A stretch of 64,000 nt of DNA from Candidatus Calescibacterium sp. Lineage in GTDB: Bacteria > Calescibacteriota > Calescibacteriia > Calescibacteriales > Calescibacteriaceae. The DNA lies in NCBI GenBank assembly GCA_032249135.1, contig JAVVGL010000006.1, forward strand, positions 39,879-103,878. The letters are read 5' to 3'. The notes below the pieces were generated by a model that saw only the letters and a program-made list of their open reading frames with translations, did no database searches and was not told the origin of the DNA. Shown in pieces: positions 28,701 to 37,712 of the stretch. Position 1 is the first letter of the stretch, and each line of letters opens with the position of its first letter. The position numbers were made by a program, and so were the translations under genes.

Positions 28701-29765
28701 ACACTCTCTGCAATTTTAGACCCAGACGACAACTTATACAGCGCAACGCCTGCAAACAATAATGTTGTTCGTATAGGAGGACACGCAAGAGGTCAAGGAG
28801 CTGATAGACTTATTCACACATATATCGCAAGAGACGATGTGGGGAACAGTGACTCAGATCCATCAGGTTATCCACAACAGTTTCTCACAATTGCAATTGA
28901 TTTTCAGGGGTTTATTCATCCTAACTTCTTTTATGGGGTTATATCTCAGCTTTTGAGTGGTTCTACTAATATATTTGGTTCTGCTCCAAGATTTGTTGCT
29001 GATGGGAATGGTGAGGTTAATCTTGAATCTTTGAACCCGCTTGTTGAAGTTTGGCAGAAAATAAGCAACGGAGGAGAGTATTTCATAAGTTTCAGAGATA
29101 TTCAGGAGTTTGTGAAGAAAATAGAAAAGTCTGGACTTATTGTTCCTATGAAAAAGAATGAAAATGGCGGAATAGATGATTTCCCACCAGAAACTGTGGT
29201 AGAATATGTTCAAGCTTCTCAACCCAAAACTATAATAAAGCTCTCGTGTGTTGATGATTATACAAAGCCAGATAACTGTTGGTTTGGATGGAGATGGAAA
29301 GGCAAGATGTGGCAGCCCTGGATTCAATCTAATACAATTGAAATAAGAGGACTTCCGGATGGCGAGTATGAAATTGAAGTGAGAGCCCTTGATGAAAGAG
29401 CTATTCCTGATATTACCCCTGTAACCGTAAAATTCGTGGTAGATGATACTCCACCATCTATTTTCTTCCCGAAAAAAGCTTTCTTCAAAAGAGGAGATGT
29501 TTTGCGAGTTGAACTTTGGGACTACATAACAAAACCAGACGAGATAGAGGTCTCATACAAGATTGATAACTCTGATTGGTCAAGCTGGCAGAAAGTAGAT
29601 TTCAACGATAAAGGTTTAGGTATAAAGCTTATAAGACTTCCTGATGAAGTTGGGACACACAAAGTTATAGTAAGAGCCAGAGACAAAAAAGGCAATATTG
29701 AAACCCGTGAATTTTACTTTGATATAGGAGTTCCGGCAAAGGGAATTTTCTCCTGCTCACAATAA
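25734..29765 (+). CDS. Giant Cys-rich secreted protein, paralogue of 12792-18740 (BPI/LBP-like scaffold plus Ig-like domains), ending at GIFSCSQ
   Basis: 1343 aa; signal peptide ending SFA; shared SG[LV]MCL, D..PP, SYKID...WS.W and G.H......D..GN motifs. Confidence 0.75.
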   Translation: MAKHIIKSLFGERKSKKVELFASFLFTSFFSLLLLILFPQKKSFATPLPVTTFPSYLQNSVVLRLTGCLNQWLQQNFNYLFVDDGVSGSGDELCPAGQYQGTLGSFSTVSVPCGWKTLNMLNALIMDLLDKQKKIQGLTPPADDDPVMCCCDPTKDSENCTGPATPGCPSQFPNRGKCMALKPEATNYFVVNFLDTSVTPNIIRGYQAWGVTWVGAPGSTTAYWSGLLDQCLPIPLLGNLCLNLSLNDVCNATTCGPILNYNGTTHPGNCWYTRTSGGDPANNCDDDTTNGYRSANRDNWILRYNPVGGVSLNFSVGESVGVSCGMGGAPYSYNGKIFTGNEGFITIELFLNPISIDIDAATPSAGNRITFTASSPPPLATNVAPGRTDCNDSQANQQGDCYVRAYLRARGALKLKVGATLYLEHRTGSWPHLQDVGIAVREINFSEAPWISLALDWTWSEQSPNCTATSTLCVRKNITVKAMKTIEFIDVVLRGLFRFAYIPSGLQQYFGPVVFDISGLTQMKTSYFFPTWVRPITTDDLLIDIALGGDPYLGTQVLRSKSCFASNGVGPGTNRNELYLIGSAMIDLDLFRRGTDWKNTTQWYDHRITSCGYVPPPYGNHPAPSMIAGPSSFFQLPHAGSRDSLSLTSCEANGTFVGLSIFQNVFTYLVSDIATSGLMCLAISQKGEGFASGLPLPIWTVGQMKLMIPDLYNFLESEFGSNVTDMPMIFVFKPKPYAAYPGFPQTPQASFANDLPPNTVDPLPITADVLLTLPNNDFEIWVDVDNELEQWGLGPGEVGGTCTYGLTPSPVGWCTAFPTGTTPPAQGTIDVGPVGNAFRNNFPDCVSFIDCDSTVGNPSDRVRERRFIAQFNVGVTLALDLNFLGCGRGTYKVFGNLAAYGFPSTLAGGGWYNPWNPATTGNCTTVSHLRRVDLTLGMISRVGSVDVTNDSGTVKVYYPFSNNTFAGYLADFIAVILSGALALDAQLGYTLSAILDPDDNLYSATPANNNVVRIGGHARGQGADRLIHTYIARDDVGNSDSDPSGYPQQFLTIAIDFQGFIHPNFFYGVISQLLSGSTNIFGSAPRFVADGNGEVNLESLNPLVEVWQKISNGGEYFISFRDIQEFVKKIEKSGLIVPMKKNENGGIDDFPPETVVEYVQASQPKTIIKLSCVDDYTKPDNCWFGWRWKGKMWQPWIQSNTIEIRGLPDGEYEIEVRALDERAIPDITPVTVKFVVDDTPPSIFFPKKAFFKRGDVLRVELWDYITKPDEIEVSYKIDNSDWSSWQKVDFNDKGLGIKLIRLPDEVGTHKVIVRARDKKGNIETREFYFDIGVPAKGIFSCSQ

Positions 29766-29847
29766 TTTTTGCAATATTACACATTGATTTTTAAATTCTT
29801 TTTTGTACAAAAATCTTTTTTTGGTTTGATTACTATATTTAAGTCCT

Positions 29848-31248
29848 ATGGTTAAAACACGATTTGCTCCTTCTCCTACCGGTAGATTTCATGTTGGTGT
29901 TGCAAGAACTGCTCTTTTCTCTTATCTTTGGGCAAGAAAAAATAACGGGAAATTCATTTTAAGAATTGATGACACAGATAAAGAAAGATCAAAAAAAGAG
30001 TTTGAAGATGAAATAAAAGAAGGTTTAAAATTTTTAGGCATTGATTGGGACTTGGAATTTAGACAATCGGAAAGATTAGAAATATACAAAAAAATTGCAT
30101 TTCGGTTGATTGACGAAGGATTAGCTTATAGGTGCTATTGCTCACCAGAAGAACTTGAAAAATATAGAGAAGAAGCTCTGAGAAAGAAAATATCTCCCAG
30201 ATATCCTAAAACTTGTAGAACGAGAAAGGATTCGCCGGATAAACCTTTTGCGATAAGGCTCAAAGTTCCAGAAGACGAGCTTTATATTGAGTTTGAAGAC
30301 CTGGTTATGGGAAAAGTGAGAGTTGATACATCTGAAATTGAGGATTTCGTTCTTTTGCGTTCAGATGGTTCACCAACATATAACCTCGCATCAGTTGTTG
30401 ATGATGCTGAATTCAAAATAACACATATAATAAGAGGGGCAGACCACATATCCAATACTCCAAAACAGATTTTACTTTTTAGGTTTTTAGGACATATCCC
30501 CAAGTTCGCTCATATACCTCTTGTTTTGCCAGACGAAGGGATTGGCAAAATTTCAAAAAGAGCAGCACAAGATGTCAGCAAAATTTATATTCTTGACCTC
30601 AAAAAAGAAGGGTTTTTGCAAGAGGCAATTGTAAATCATCTCGCAAGACTTGGCTGGTCCTTCGGAGATAAAGAAATATTCTCAAAAGATGAACTCATTC
30701 AGCTTTTTGATATCAAAAGCATTCACAGAGCTCCCGCAAGATACAACTTTGATAAACTCTACTGGCTCAACTCTGAATGGATAAAAATCTTAGATGACTC
30801 GGAACTTATAAAGAGACTCTCTGATTTTTCAGGAATGAAATTTTCAGAAGATCAAGAAAAGAAAATCTTCAAAATTTTGCCTCAGGTGAAAATAAGGGTA
30901 AGAAACCTCAGAGAAATGTTAGATATGATTTTGCCTTTGTTTGAACTAAAAAATTATGATGTAGAAGGTCTTGAAAAATTTGTAAAAACTCAAAAAGGAA
31001 AGTTCGTTCTTCAAGAATTTGTGAGAAAACTTAAAGATGTAAATTTTGATGGAGAAGATAGTAGGAAAAATTTTGATTTTGTTATGAAAGAGATTGCAGA
31101 TAAAGTTGGAGAAAAAGTCGTTTTTGTTGCTCAAACTTTGAGAGTTGCTCTCGTTGGCAAACTCGTCTCTCCCCCTCTTTTTGATGTAATAAGCGCAATT
31201 GGAAAAGATGAAGCACTATCAAGAATAAAAAAAGCTCTGGAACTCTGA
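29848..31248 (+). CDS. gltX: Glutamate--tRNA ligase
   Basis: RFAPSPTG, HVG (HIGH), RIDDTD, IRGADH and KISKR motifs. Confidence 0.95.
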   Translation: MVKTRFAPSPTGRFHVGVARTALFSYLWARKNNGKFILRIDDTDKERSKKEFEDEIKEGLKFLGIDWDLEFRQSERLEIYKKIAFRLIDEGLAYRCYCSPEELEKYREEALRKKISPRYPKTCRTRKDSPDKPFAIRLKVPEDELYIEFEDLVMGKVRVDTSEIEDFVLLRSDGSPTYNLASVVDDAEFKITHIIRGADHISNTPKQILLFRFLGHIPKFAHIPLVLPDEGIGKISKRAAQDVSKIYILDLKKEGFLQEAIVNHLARLGWSFGDKEIFSKDELIQLFDIKSIHRAPARYNFDKLYWLNSEWIKILDDSELIKRLSDFSGMKFSEDQEKKIFKILPQVKIRVRNLREMLDMILPLFELKNYDVEGLEKFVKTQKGKFVLQEFVRKLKDVNFDGEDSRKNFDFVMKEIADKVGEKVVFVAQTLRVALVGKLVSPPLFDVISAIGKDEALSRIKKALEL

Positions 31249-31306
31249 AATTTTTTAGACCGAAAATATTCCAAAATTGATCTTCAAATTCAACTGCTTT
31301 TCAAAA

Positions 31307-32380
31307 CTACGGAATCCACTTATTTTCTCTGTACCATTTTACAGTTTGTTCTATTCCTTCTTTGAATGTAAATTTTGGCTTGAAACCTATCTTTTTTATT
31401 TTTTCTGTGCTGTACATAAAATCTCCCGCAAAGTAATCGTTCCACTCTCTATCAAGTCTTGGTCTCAAAGGAGTGTTAAGATTTTTCTCTTTTGCAACCT
31501 CAAACCATATATTCAGAACTTTTTCTTTCAAATCGTCATATATAGGAAGATGTGAAATAAAGAGTGTGAGAGGTCTTGCGACAAAGTATGGAATTGATTT
31601 TTTAAGTTCAACCCCGCATGCATTTGCTATGACCTCAAGCATATCTCCAAATGGCAAAGGAGTATCATCTGCTACATTAAATATCCTTGAGTCAGCTGAA
31701 TCCTGGTCTATTTTTTCGCTGAAGAATCTTTTTATCACAACATCAACCGCATGAGCAACATCTAAAACATGAACAGAGTGAGTCATAGGACCCCCTTTTA
31801 CAGATGGTAAAACTTTTTTCCCTTTTTCTCTTGCAAGAGAATACAAACCTATGAGCATCGCATAACCATATTTTGACCTCGGACCATACATCAAGGTTGG
31901 ACGAAGTATCACTGCATGAAGTCCCATTTTTATATAAGTTTTTACCACATCTTCTCCTTCTTTTTTTGTCTTCTCATAATGATTTCGTGGTTTTGGATTT
32001 GTATTTTCATCTGCCGGGATTTTTTCTGGTTTTCCATAAATTCCTGTTGAACTTATGTGTATGAACAATCCTACTTTTCCCAAACTTGCTCTGCAAATTC
32101 TTTCCACTGCGTCTACATTTACTCTTCTCATAAGTTTGGGGTTTGCTGAAAGATCAAAAATTCCGGCTGTATGAATTAAAACATCAATATCTTTTTTGAA
32201 AAGCTCAGAAAGTGTGTCTGATGTGAGATCGCAAGGAATTACATCCTCACAAAATTTTTCTATTTCAGAAAAATCTGCTCCCGGTATATCGGTAGCGACT
32301 ACTTTGTATCCTTGTTCTGATAAAAATTCAACAAGATTTACTCCTAAAAAACCTGCTGCACCTGTTACAAGACATCTCAT
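31307..32380 (-). CDS. NAD-dependent epimerase/dehydratase (extended SDR)
   Basis: TGAAGFLG, YEKTK (YxxxK) and LRPTLMYGP motifs. Confidence 0.88.
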   Translation of the reverse strand: MRCLVTGAAGFLGVNLVEFLSEQGYKVVATDIPGADFSEIEKFCEDVIPCDLTSDTLSELFKKDIDVLIHTAGIFDLSANPKLMRRVNVDAVERICRASLGKVGLFIHISSTGIYGKPEKIPADENTNPKPRNHYEKTKKEGEDVVKTYIKMGLHAVILRPTLMYGPRSKYGYAMLIGLYSLAREKGKKVLPSVKGGPMTHSVHVLDVAHAVDVVIKRFFSEKIDQDSADSRIFNVADDTPLPFGDMLEVIANACGVELKKSIPYFVARPLTLFISHLPIYDDLKEKVLNIWFEVAKEKNLNTPLRPRLDREWNDYFAGDFMYSTEKIKKIGFKPKFTFKEGIEQTVKWYRENKWIP

Positions 32381-32398
32381 AAAGTGTAAATTTTTTAT

Positions 32399-33289
32399 TT
32401 ACACTTGATTTTTGCAAGTTCCAAAAATTTTTTCTACCTCGTCAAGCACAATATCTGCAAGGTAAGAACTTCTGACATTTGGACCAGCGAAAACCGCTTT
32501 GAAACCTAATTTTTTGCAAAATTCTCTCAAAAACTCCCATTTTTCTTCGGGAATGAAAGAATAAACTTTTCCGTTCTTTGTAAGAGATGGTTGAAAGTAC
32601 TGACCAAAAGTTATTATATCGCAGCCAGTTTGAGCGATTTTCTCAATAGCCCTTTTTAACTCGTCATCTTTTTCTCCCATTCCTAAAATAATGGATGTTT
32701 TCGTTATAAAACCTTTGCTTTTTGCATATTTTAGGAGTTCAAGTGATTTTTCAAAATCTCCCTTGGGTCTTACTCTTTTATAAAGTTCCGGTACAGTTTC
32801 AACATTATGGGCAAAAACATCAGGTTTTGCCGAAAGCACTATATCTAAATTTTTTATTTCGTATTTTAGGTCAGGACATAATATCTCTACTTTGCATCCT
32901 ATTTCTTTTACTGCTTTTATGCATTCTGATATATGTTTTGCTCCACCGTCTTCAAGATCGTCTCTTGTAGGAGATGTAATCACAACATATCTTATTCCCA
33001 TCTCTTTTACGGCATTTTTTAGGTTTTCGGGCTCATTTGGATCAAGAGGTGGGGGATTTTTTGATTTTTCTATTGCACAAAAAGAGCAGTATCTTGTGCA
33101 AATTCTACCCATAATAAGAAAAGTTGCCGTATGTCTTCTCCCAAAACATTCTGATATGTTCGGACATAGCGATTCCTCGCAAACTGTATGTAATTTATAT
33201 CTTCTCAGAATCTCTTTTATTCTGTGTGTCTCTGAAAATCTTACCTTTGGTTTTATTTCTTTTGATTCTGCTCTAATCACTTTTATCAT
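32399..33289 (-). CDS. lipA: Lipoyl synthase
   Basis: CEESLCPNISEC auxiliary cluster, CTRYCSFC radical SAM motif, VRSSY. Confidence 0.95.
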   Translation of the reverse strand: MIKVIRAESKEIKPKVRFSETHRIKEILRRYKLHTVCEESLCPNISECFGRRHTATFLIMGRICTRYCSFCAIEKSKNPPPLDPNEPENLKNAVKEMGIRYVVITSPTRDDLEDGGAKHISECIKAVKEIGCKVEILCPDLKYEIKNLDIVLSAKPDVFAHNVETVPELYKRVRPKGDFEKSLELLKYAKSKGFITKTSIILGMGEKDDELKRAIEKIAQTGCDIITFGQYFQPSLTKNGKVYSFIPEEKWEFLREFCKKLGFKAVFAGPNVRSSYLADIVLDEVEKIFGTCKNQV

Positions 33290-33366
33290 TCAAATTTTTC
33301 GGATCACTCAAACTTTTTGAAAAAATTAAAAATATTATATTTTTGACCTAAAAAGGAAGGGATAAA

Positions 33367-34038
33367 ATGAAAATATTTCTTGATACCGCAAATATAGAGG
33401 AGATTTCAAAGGCAGTTCAGACTGGACTTATAGATGGTGTCACAACTAATCCGTCTTTGCTCTCGCAGGAAGCACAAGGAAATCCGATTGAACATATAAG
33501 GAAAATTACAAGGTTGGTTCCGGGTTCAGTCAGTGTTGAGGTTACAGAAACATCAGCGGAAAAAATAGTTTCGCAGGCAAGAGTGATTTCTGAAATATCT
33601 CCAAATATTGTTGTGAAAATACCAATGACGGAGGATGGAATAAAGGCTACTTACAGACTTTCTCAGGAAGGAATAAAGGTTAATGTAACTTTGATTTTCT
33701 CTCCATCGCAAGCTTTACTTGCTATGAAAGCAGGGGCTTACTTTATATCTCCGTTCATAGGTAGATTAGATGATATATCGCAAGATGGGCTCAACCTCAT
33801 AAGAGAAATAGTTCAGATAAAGAAAAATTATGGATTTAGAACCGAAGTTTTAGCTGCGTCTTTGAGACATCCTATGCATTTTGTTGAAGCCGCAAAAGTT
33901 GGGGTTGATATTGTTACAATTCCTCCAAAAATATTTTGGCAGCTTTTCAAACATCCTCTCACAGATTCTGGGCTCAAAAAATTTCTTGATGATTGGTCAT
34001 CAAAATTCAAAGATGGATTTTTATTTGACAAAAAATAA
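33367..34038 (+). CDS. Transaldolase / fructose-6-phosphate aldolase (short TalC type)
   Basis: FLDTAN, GVTTNPSL, VVKIP, NVTLIFS and SPFIGRLDD motifs. Confidence 0.92.
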   Translation: MKIFLDTANIEEISKAVQTGLIDGVTTNPSLLSQEAQGNPIEHIRKITRLVPGSVSVEVTETSAEKIVSQARVISEISPNIVVKIPMTEDGIKATYRLSQEGIKVNVTLIFSPSQALLAMKAGAYFISPFIGRLDDISQDGLNLIREIVQIKKNYGFRTEVLAASLRHPMHFVEAAKVGVDIVTIPPKIFWQLFKHPLTDSGLKKFLDDWSSKFKDGFLFDKK

Positions 34039-34056
34039 TGAGTTTGACAAAGAGAA

Positions 34057-35508
34057 ATGAAAATTGCGGTTCTTGGAACAGAATCTGATGCAGGAAAAAC
34101 TCACATAGTATCTGGTCTCTGCTGGATTTTAAGTCAAAAAAATAAAGTTAGTATTTTCCCTTTCAAAGGTCAGAATATGTCTTTGAATGCTTTTTTAGGG
34201 AAAGATAATGGTGAGATGGCTTTTGCACAGGCGTTTCAGGCTATGTGTTCTTTGCGAGAACCTCTGTCTCATATGAACCCGGTTTTACTCAAACCTATTT
34301 CAGATGGAAAAATTGATGTTGTTGTTTTCGGAAAATCGCAAGGTCCCAAAACCTCATCAGAATACTGGAAAAGTTATAAAGCCCGCGTTAAAGATTTGGT
34401 TTTTGATGAATTCTCAAAAATTTTGAAAAGGGAGTCAAATGTGATAATTGAAGGAGCTGGAAGCTGTTCTGAGGTAAACATGAAACCTTTTGATTTCTCC
34501 AATACAGAGCTCTGCAAAAATTTTTCTATTCCTTTTTTGGTGGTAGCAGATATTTATAGAGGCGGTGTCTTTGCAAAAATAGTTGGAACATACGAGATTT
34601 TTGATAAGAAAGAAAAAGATTTGCTCTGTGGGTTTATAATAAACAAAATGGTAGGAGATAAAAGTCTTCTCAAAGACGGAATAGATTTTGTTGAAAAGAA
34701 AACCGGGAAAAAAGTTCTCGGTGTGATACCTTTTGTGCCAGACCTCAAACTTCCACCAGAAGATGAACTTGATATACTAAACCAAATAGGGATTTTGGAT
34801 GGAAAAGGAAATGATAGAAATGATGATAAAAATAATAATAAAAAAATAAAGGTTTATGCTGTAAAAACTCCGTATCTATCTAATTACTTTGATTTTTATC
34901 CTTTCATCATAGATGATAATTTTGAATTCAGATTTGCGCTTTATCCATCTCAGCTTGACGATGGGGATTTGATAGTTCTGGGGGGTTCAAGGAATGTTTT
35001 TTATGATCTCAAGTTTTTGAAAGAGAAAGGCTTTGCACAAAAAATAATGAGTTTTATTGGCAAGAAAAAAAACAAACTCATAATAGCTATATGCGGCGGT
35101 TATGAATTCTTTTTCAGTAAAATATCAGATAAACTTGAAATAGAGGGAAATGGAGTAGAGGAGGGGTTAGGTTTGATAAGTGAGAAAATTGAATTTCAAA
35201 GAGAAAAAATAACAAGATGGCGTAAAATAAAGGTAGAAGCTCCGTTCTTTTCAGGTTTAGTTGAGGGTTTTGATTTAAGGCATGGAAGAACTTCTGAAAA
35301 TTTAGATTACTTTTCATACAAAAACTTTTTCGGTACTTTTTTGCATTCAATATTTTGGAACGATGATTTCCGCTTTGCAATTTTAAAATACTTTGGAGTT
35401 GAAGAACAAAAACCTCTTTGGTCTCTTATATCTTCTAAGATGGAAAAGTGGTCAGATTTGCTGGTACAAAATTTAGACTTAAATTTTATTGAGAGCTTAT
35501 TATCTTGA
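34057..35508 (+). CDS. cobQ: Cobyric acid synthase
   Basis: GTESDAGKT, PFKGQNMSLN, MNPVLLKP, EGAGS, DIYRGGVFA; glutaminase ICGGY and GTFLH. Confidence 0.88.
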   Translation: MKIAVLGTESDAGKTHIVSGLCWILSQKNKVSIFPFKGQNMSLNAFLGKDNGEMAFAQAFQAMCSLREPLSHMNPVLLKPISDGKIDVVVFGKSQGPKTSSEYWKSYKARVKDLVFDEFSKILKRESNVIIEGAGSCSEVNMKPFDFSNTELCKNFSIPFLVVADIYRGGVFAKIVGTYEIFDKKEKDLLCGFIINKMVGDKSLLKDGIDFVEKKTGKKVLGVIPFVPDLKLPPEDELDILNQIGILDGKGNDRNDDKNNNKKIKVYAVKTPYLSNYFDFYPFIIDDNFEFRFALYPSQLDDGDLIVLGGSRNVFYDLKFLKEKGFAQKIMSFIGKKKNKLIIAICGGYEFFFSKISDKLEIEGNGVEEGLGLISEKIEFQREKITRWRKIKVEAPFFSGLVEGFDLRHGRTSENLDYFSYKNFFGTFLHSIFWNDDFRFAILKYFGVEEQKPLWSLISSKMEKWSDLLVQNLDLNFIESLLS

Positions 35509-35527
35509 TTGGGCTATTATTATCATC

Positions 35528-36433
35528 ATGGTTTCATTTATCATAAGGCGAGTTTTTTTTGGGTTTTTGGTTATTTTGCTTGTTATAACTTCTACTTTTT
35601 TTCTGCTCAGGCTTTTGCCAGGAGGTCCATTTGACAAAGAAAAAAAACTACCAGAAGAAATAAAAATAAATATAGAGAGAAAGTTTCATCTTGATAAACC
35701 TCTTCATCAGCAGTTTCTTATTTACATAAGTGGGGTTTTGAAGGGGGATTTCGGACCATCGTATAAATTCCTTCACAGAACTGCAAACGATATCATAAAA
35801 GATACTTTTCCTGTTTCATTGAAACTTGGGCTCACATCTTTTATTTTATCTTTGTTTTTGGGTATAGTTTTTGGGACGCTATCTGCTTTTCGTTTTGGAA
35901 AATTTTTTGAGCTTGTTATATCTTTTGGAATATCTTTGCCGTCTTTTGTTGTTGCATCTTTGCTCATAATCATTTTTTCTTTGAGTTTAAATCTTTTCCC
36001 GCCGGCTTTGTTTGAAGGTTGGAAATATATGGTTCTACCAGTTATAACTTTATCTTTTGGTCCTACTCTTTATATTGCAAAGCTCACAAGAACATCTGTT
36101 CTCTCAACTCTTCAAGAAGATTTCACAAAATTTGCAAAGTCAAAAGGAATAGGAGATTTCAGGTTCTTTTTACATGTTATTTCAGCATCTTTGTCCTCTG
36201 TTTTCAGTGTAGCAGGACTTTTGTTTGCATTTATGATTACGGGTTCTTTCATTGTTGAAACTGTTTTCGCAATACCCGGTATGGGAAGGTATTTTGTGCT
36301 TTCGGTAATAGATAGGGATTATCCTGTTGTTATGGCTTTAACTATTGTTTTCACAACTATTCTGGTTTTCGCAAACATACTATCTGAAATATTATATGTT
36401 ATTTTTGACCCAAGAGCTCGTGAGAAAATTTGA
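35528..36433 (+). CDS. oppB: Oligopeptide ABC transporter permease (OppB-like)
   Basis: LPGGPF, GDFGPS, AKSKG (EAA region), ETVFAIPGMG and RDYPVV; ATG at 35528. Confidence 0.88.
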   Translation: MVSFIIRRVFFGFLVILLVITSTFFLLRLLPGGPFDKEKKLPEEIKINIERKFHLDKPLHQQFLIYISGVLKGDFGPSYKFLHRTANDIIKDTFPVSLKLGLTSFILSLFLGIVFGTLSAFRFGKFFELVISFGISLPSFVVASLLIIIFSLSLNLFPPALFEGWKYMVLPVITLSFGPTLYIAKLTRTSVLSTLQEDFTKFAKSKGIGDFRFFLHVISASLSSVFSVAGLLFAFMITGSFIVETVFAIPGMGRYFVLSVIDRDYPVVMALTIVFTTILVFANILSEILYVIFDPRAREKI

Positions 36434-37712
36434 AAACAAAAAATATGTTTTTTCAGTTCCACTTTTAATTTTCAGGTTTTTTGTTCTGCTTCTTTTTCTC
36501 AATTCTTTCGTTTTTTCTTTCGTAATGAGCTGTTCAGGAAAAAAGTCCTCGTTGGAGATCTCTACCGATTCCAAAGAGAACACGGTTGATTCCAAAGAAA
36601 GCTCCGTTGAAGTTTCTTTTTCTGATTTGGCTGTTGTTGTTCCTTCCGATGGTCTTCCATCTTATGTCAAAGTTTTGACCTCAAATAATAACCTTGATGT
36701 AATTGTTTTTCAAGGTAGAGTTTTTCTTGCTTTCAGAACTGCTCCATCTCACTTTGCATCAGATAAAACTAAACTTTATATTGTAAGTTCAGAAGATGAA
36801 AAAACTTGGAAGTATGAAGGAGAATTCTTTTTAGGTAGAGATTTGAGAGAGCCGAGATTTTTGGCTATAAAAGATAAGCTTTTCATTTACTTTGCTGTTT
36901 TGGGAAAAGACCCCCTGAAATTTGAACCGGGATTTACTTTATTCTCTTTATATCAAAATAATGGCTGGTCAGAACCTTCGTCTTTCCCTATACCTACTTT
37001 CATTCCTTGGAGAATAAAAAGTTTTGGAGATTATGCTGTGATGTTCGGATATGCTGGAGGAGAAAGTGTTTATAATCCGACACAAGCTGAAAAAGTCAAG
37101 GTTTATATGCTGAAAACTTCCGATGGGGTAAATTGGGAACCTTTCTGGAAAAACAAGGAAGTTATAATGGAGGGAGGATGCTCTGAAGCAGATGGAGAAT
37201 TTGACGATAACGGGGATTTTTATCTTGTTTGCAGGAACGAGCTTGGTGATGAATTTGGATTTGGTTCAAAAATATGTCTTGCTAAAAAAGGTAATTTAGA
37301 TGAACTTATATGTAAGGCAGATAAGAGAAAGTTTGATTCTCCCTTGCTTTTCAAGTATAAATCCTATATTTTTTTGATTGCAAGGAGAAATTTATCAGAT
37401 AATGGGTTTTATGATATAGCGGAAGAAGGCTCTCATTTTGATAGGTACCTTAAAAATCAAATTGAATACTGGAATAAACCAAAAAGATGTTCTGTCTGGC
37501 TTATAAAAAAAGAGGATTTGACAGTGGAATTCCTATATGATTTGCCATCAAAAGGCGATACATGTTTTCCAAGCATATTTTTCAGAAACGAAATTATAAG
37601 ACTTTATAACTACACATCAGATATAAACGGTCCAGATATATCTTGGCAACAAGGTCAGCTTTTACCTACATTTATTGTATCAGGAAATCTCATTATAAAA
37701 ATACGAAAATAG
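36420..37712 (+). CDS. Putative lipoprotein with sialidase/BNR-like beta-propeller; start uncertain (GTG 36420)
   Basis: Hydrophobic stretch then VMS-C-SGKK; Asp-box-like SSEDEKTW and TSDGVNW; DLREPRF and GDTCFP. Confidence 0.55.
   Translation: MRKFENKKYVFSVPLLIFRFFVLLLFLNSFVFSFVMSCSGKKSSLEISTDSKENTVDSKESSVEVSFSDLAVVVPSDGLPSYVKVLTSNNNLDVIVFQGRVFLAFRTAPSHFASDKTKLYIVSSEDEKTWKYEGEFFLGRDLREPRFLAIKDKLFIYFAVLGKDPLKFEPGFTLFSLYQNNGWSEPSSFPIPTFIPWRIKSFGDYAVMFGYAGGESVYNPTQAEKVKVYMLKTSDGVNWEPFWKNKEVIMEGGCSEADGEFDDNGDFYLVCRNELGDEFGFGSKICLAKKGNLDELICKADKRKFDSPLLFKYKSYIFLIARRNLSDNGFYDIAEEGSHFDRYLKNQIEYWNKPKRCSVWLIKKEDLTVEFLYDLPSKGDTCFPSIFFRNEIIRLYNYTSDINGPDISWQQGQLLPTFIVSGNLIIKIRK

Noticed and set aside
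12792-29765. Higher GC in the two giant genes as evidence of horizontal transfer
   Set aside because: Largely explained by Gly/Pro/Ala/Cys-rich composition; third positions remain A/T-rich by eye, and no integrase or att repeat was seen
29754-29765. CSQ terminus as a eukaryotic CaaX prenylation box
   Set aside because: The Cys is third from the end rather than fourth, and the protein is secreted; better treated as a truncated Cys-CTERM-like signal
29763-29855. Readthrough of giant 2 to restore a TM tail
   Set aside because: The downstream frame is Phe-rich only because of T runs, is broken by Lys/Gln residues and overlaps the gltX promoter region; TAA is a poor readthrough codon
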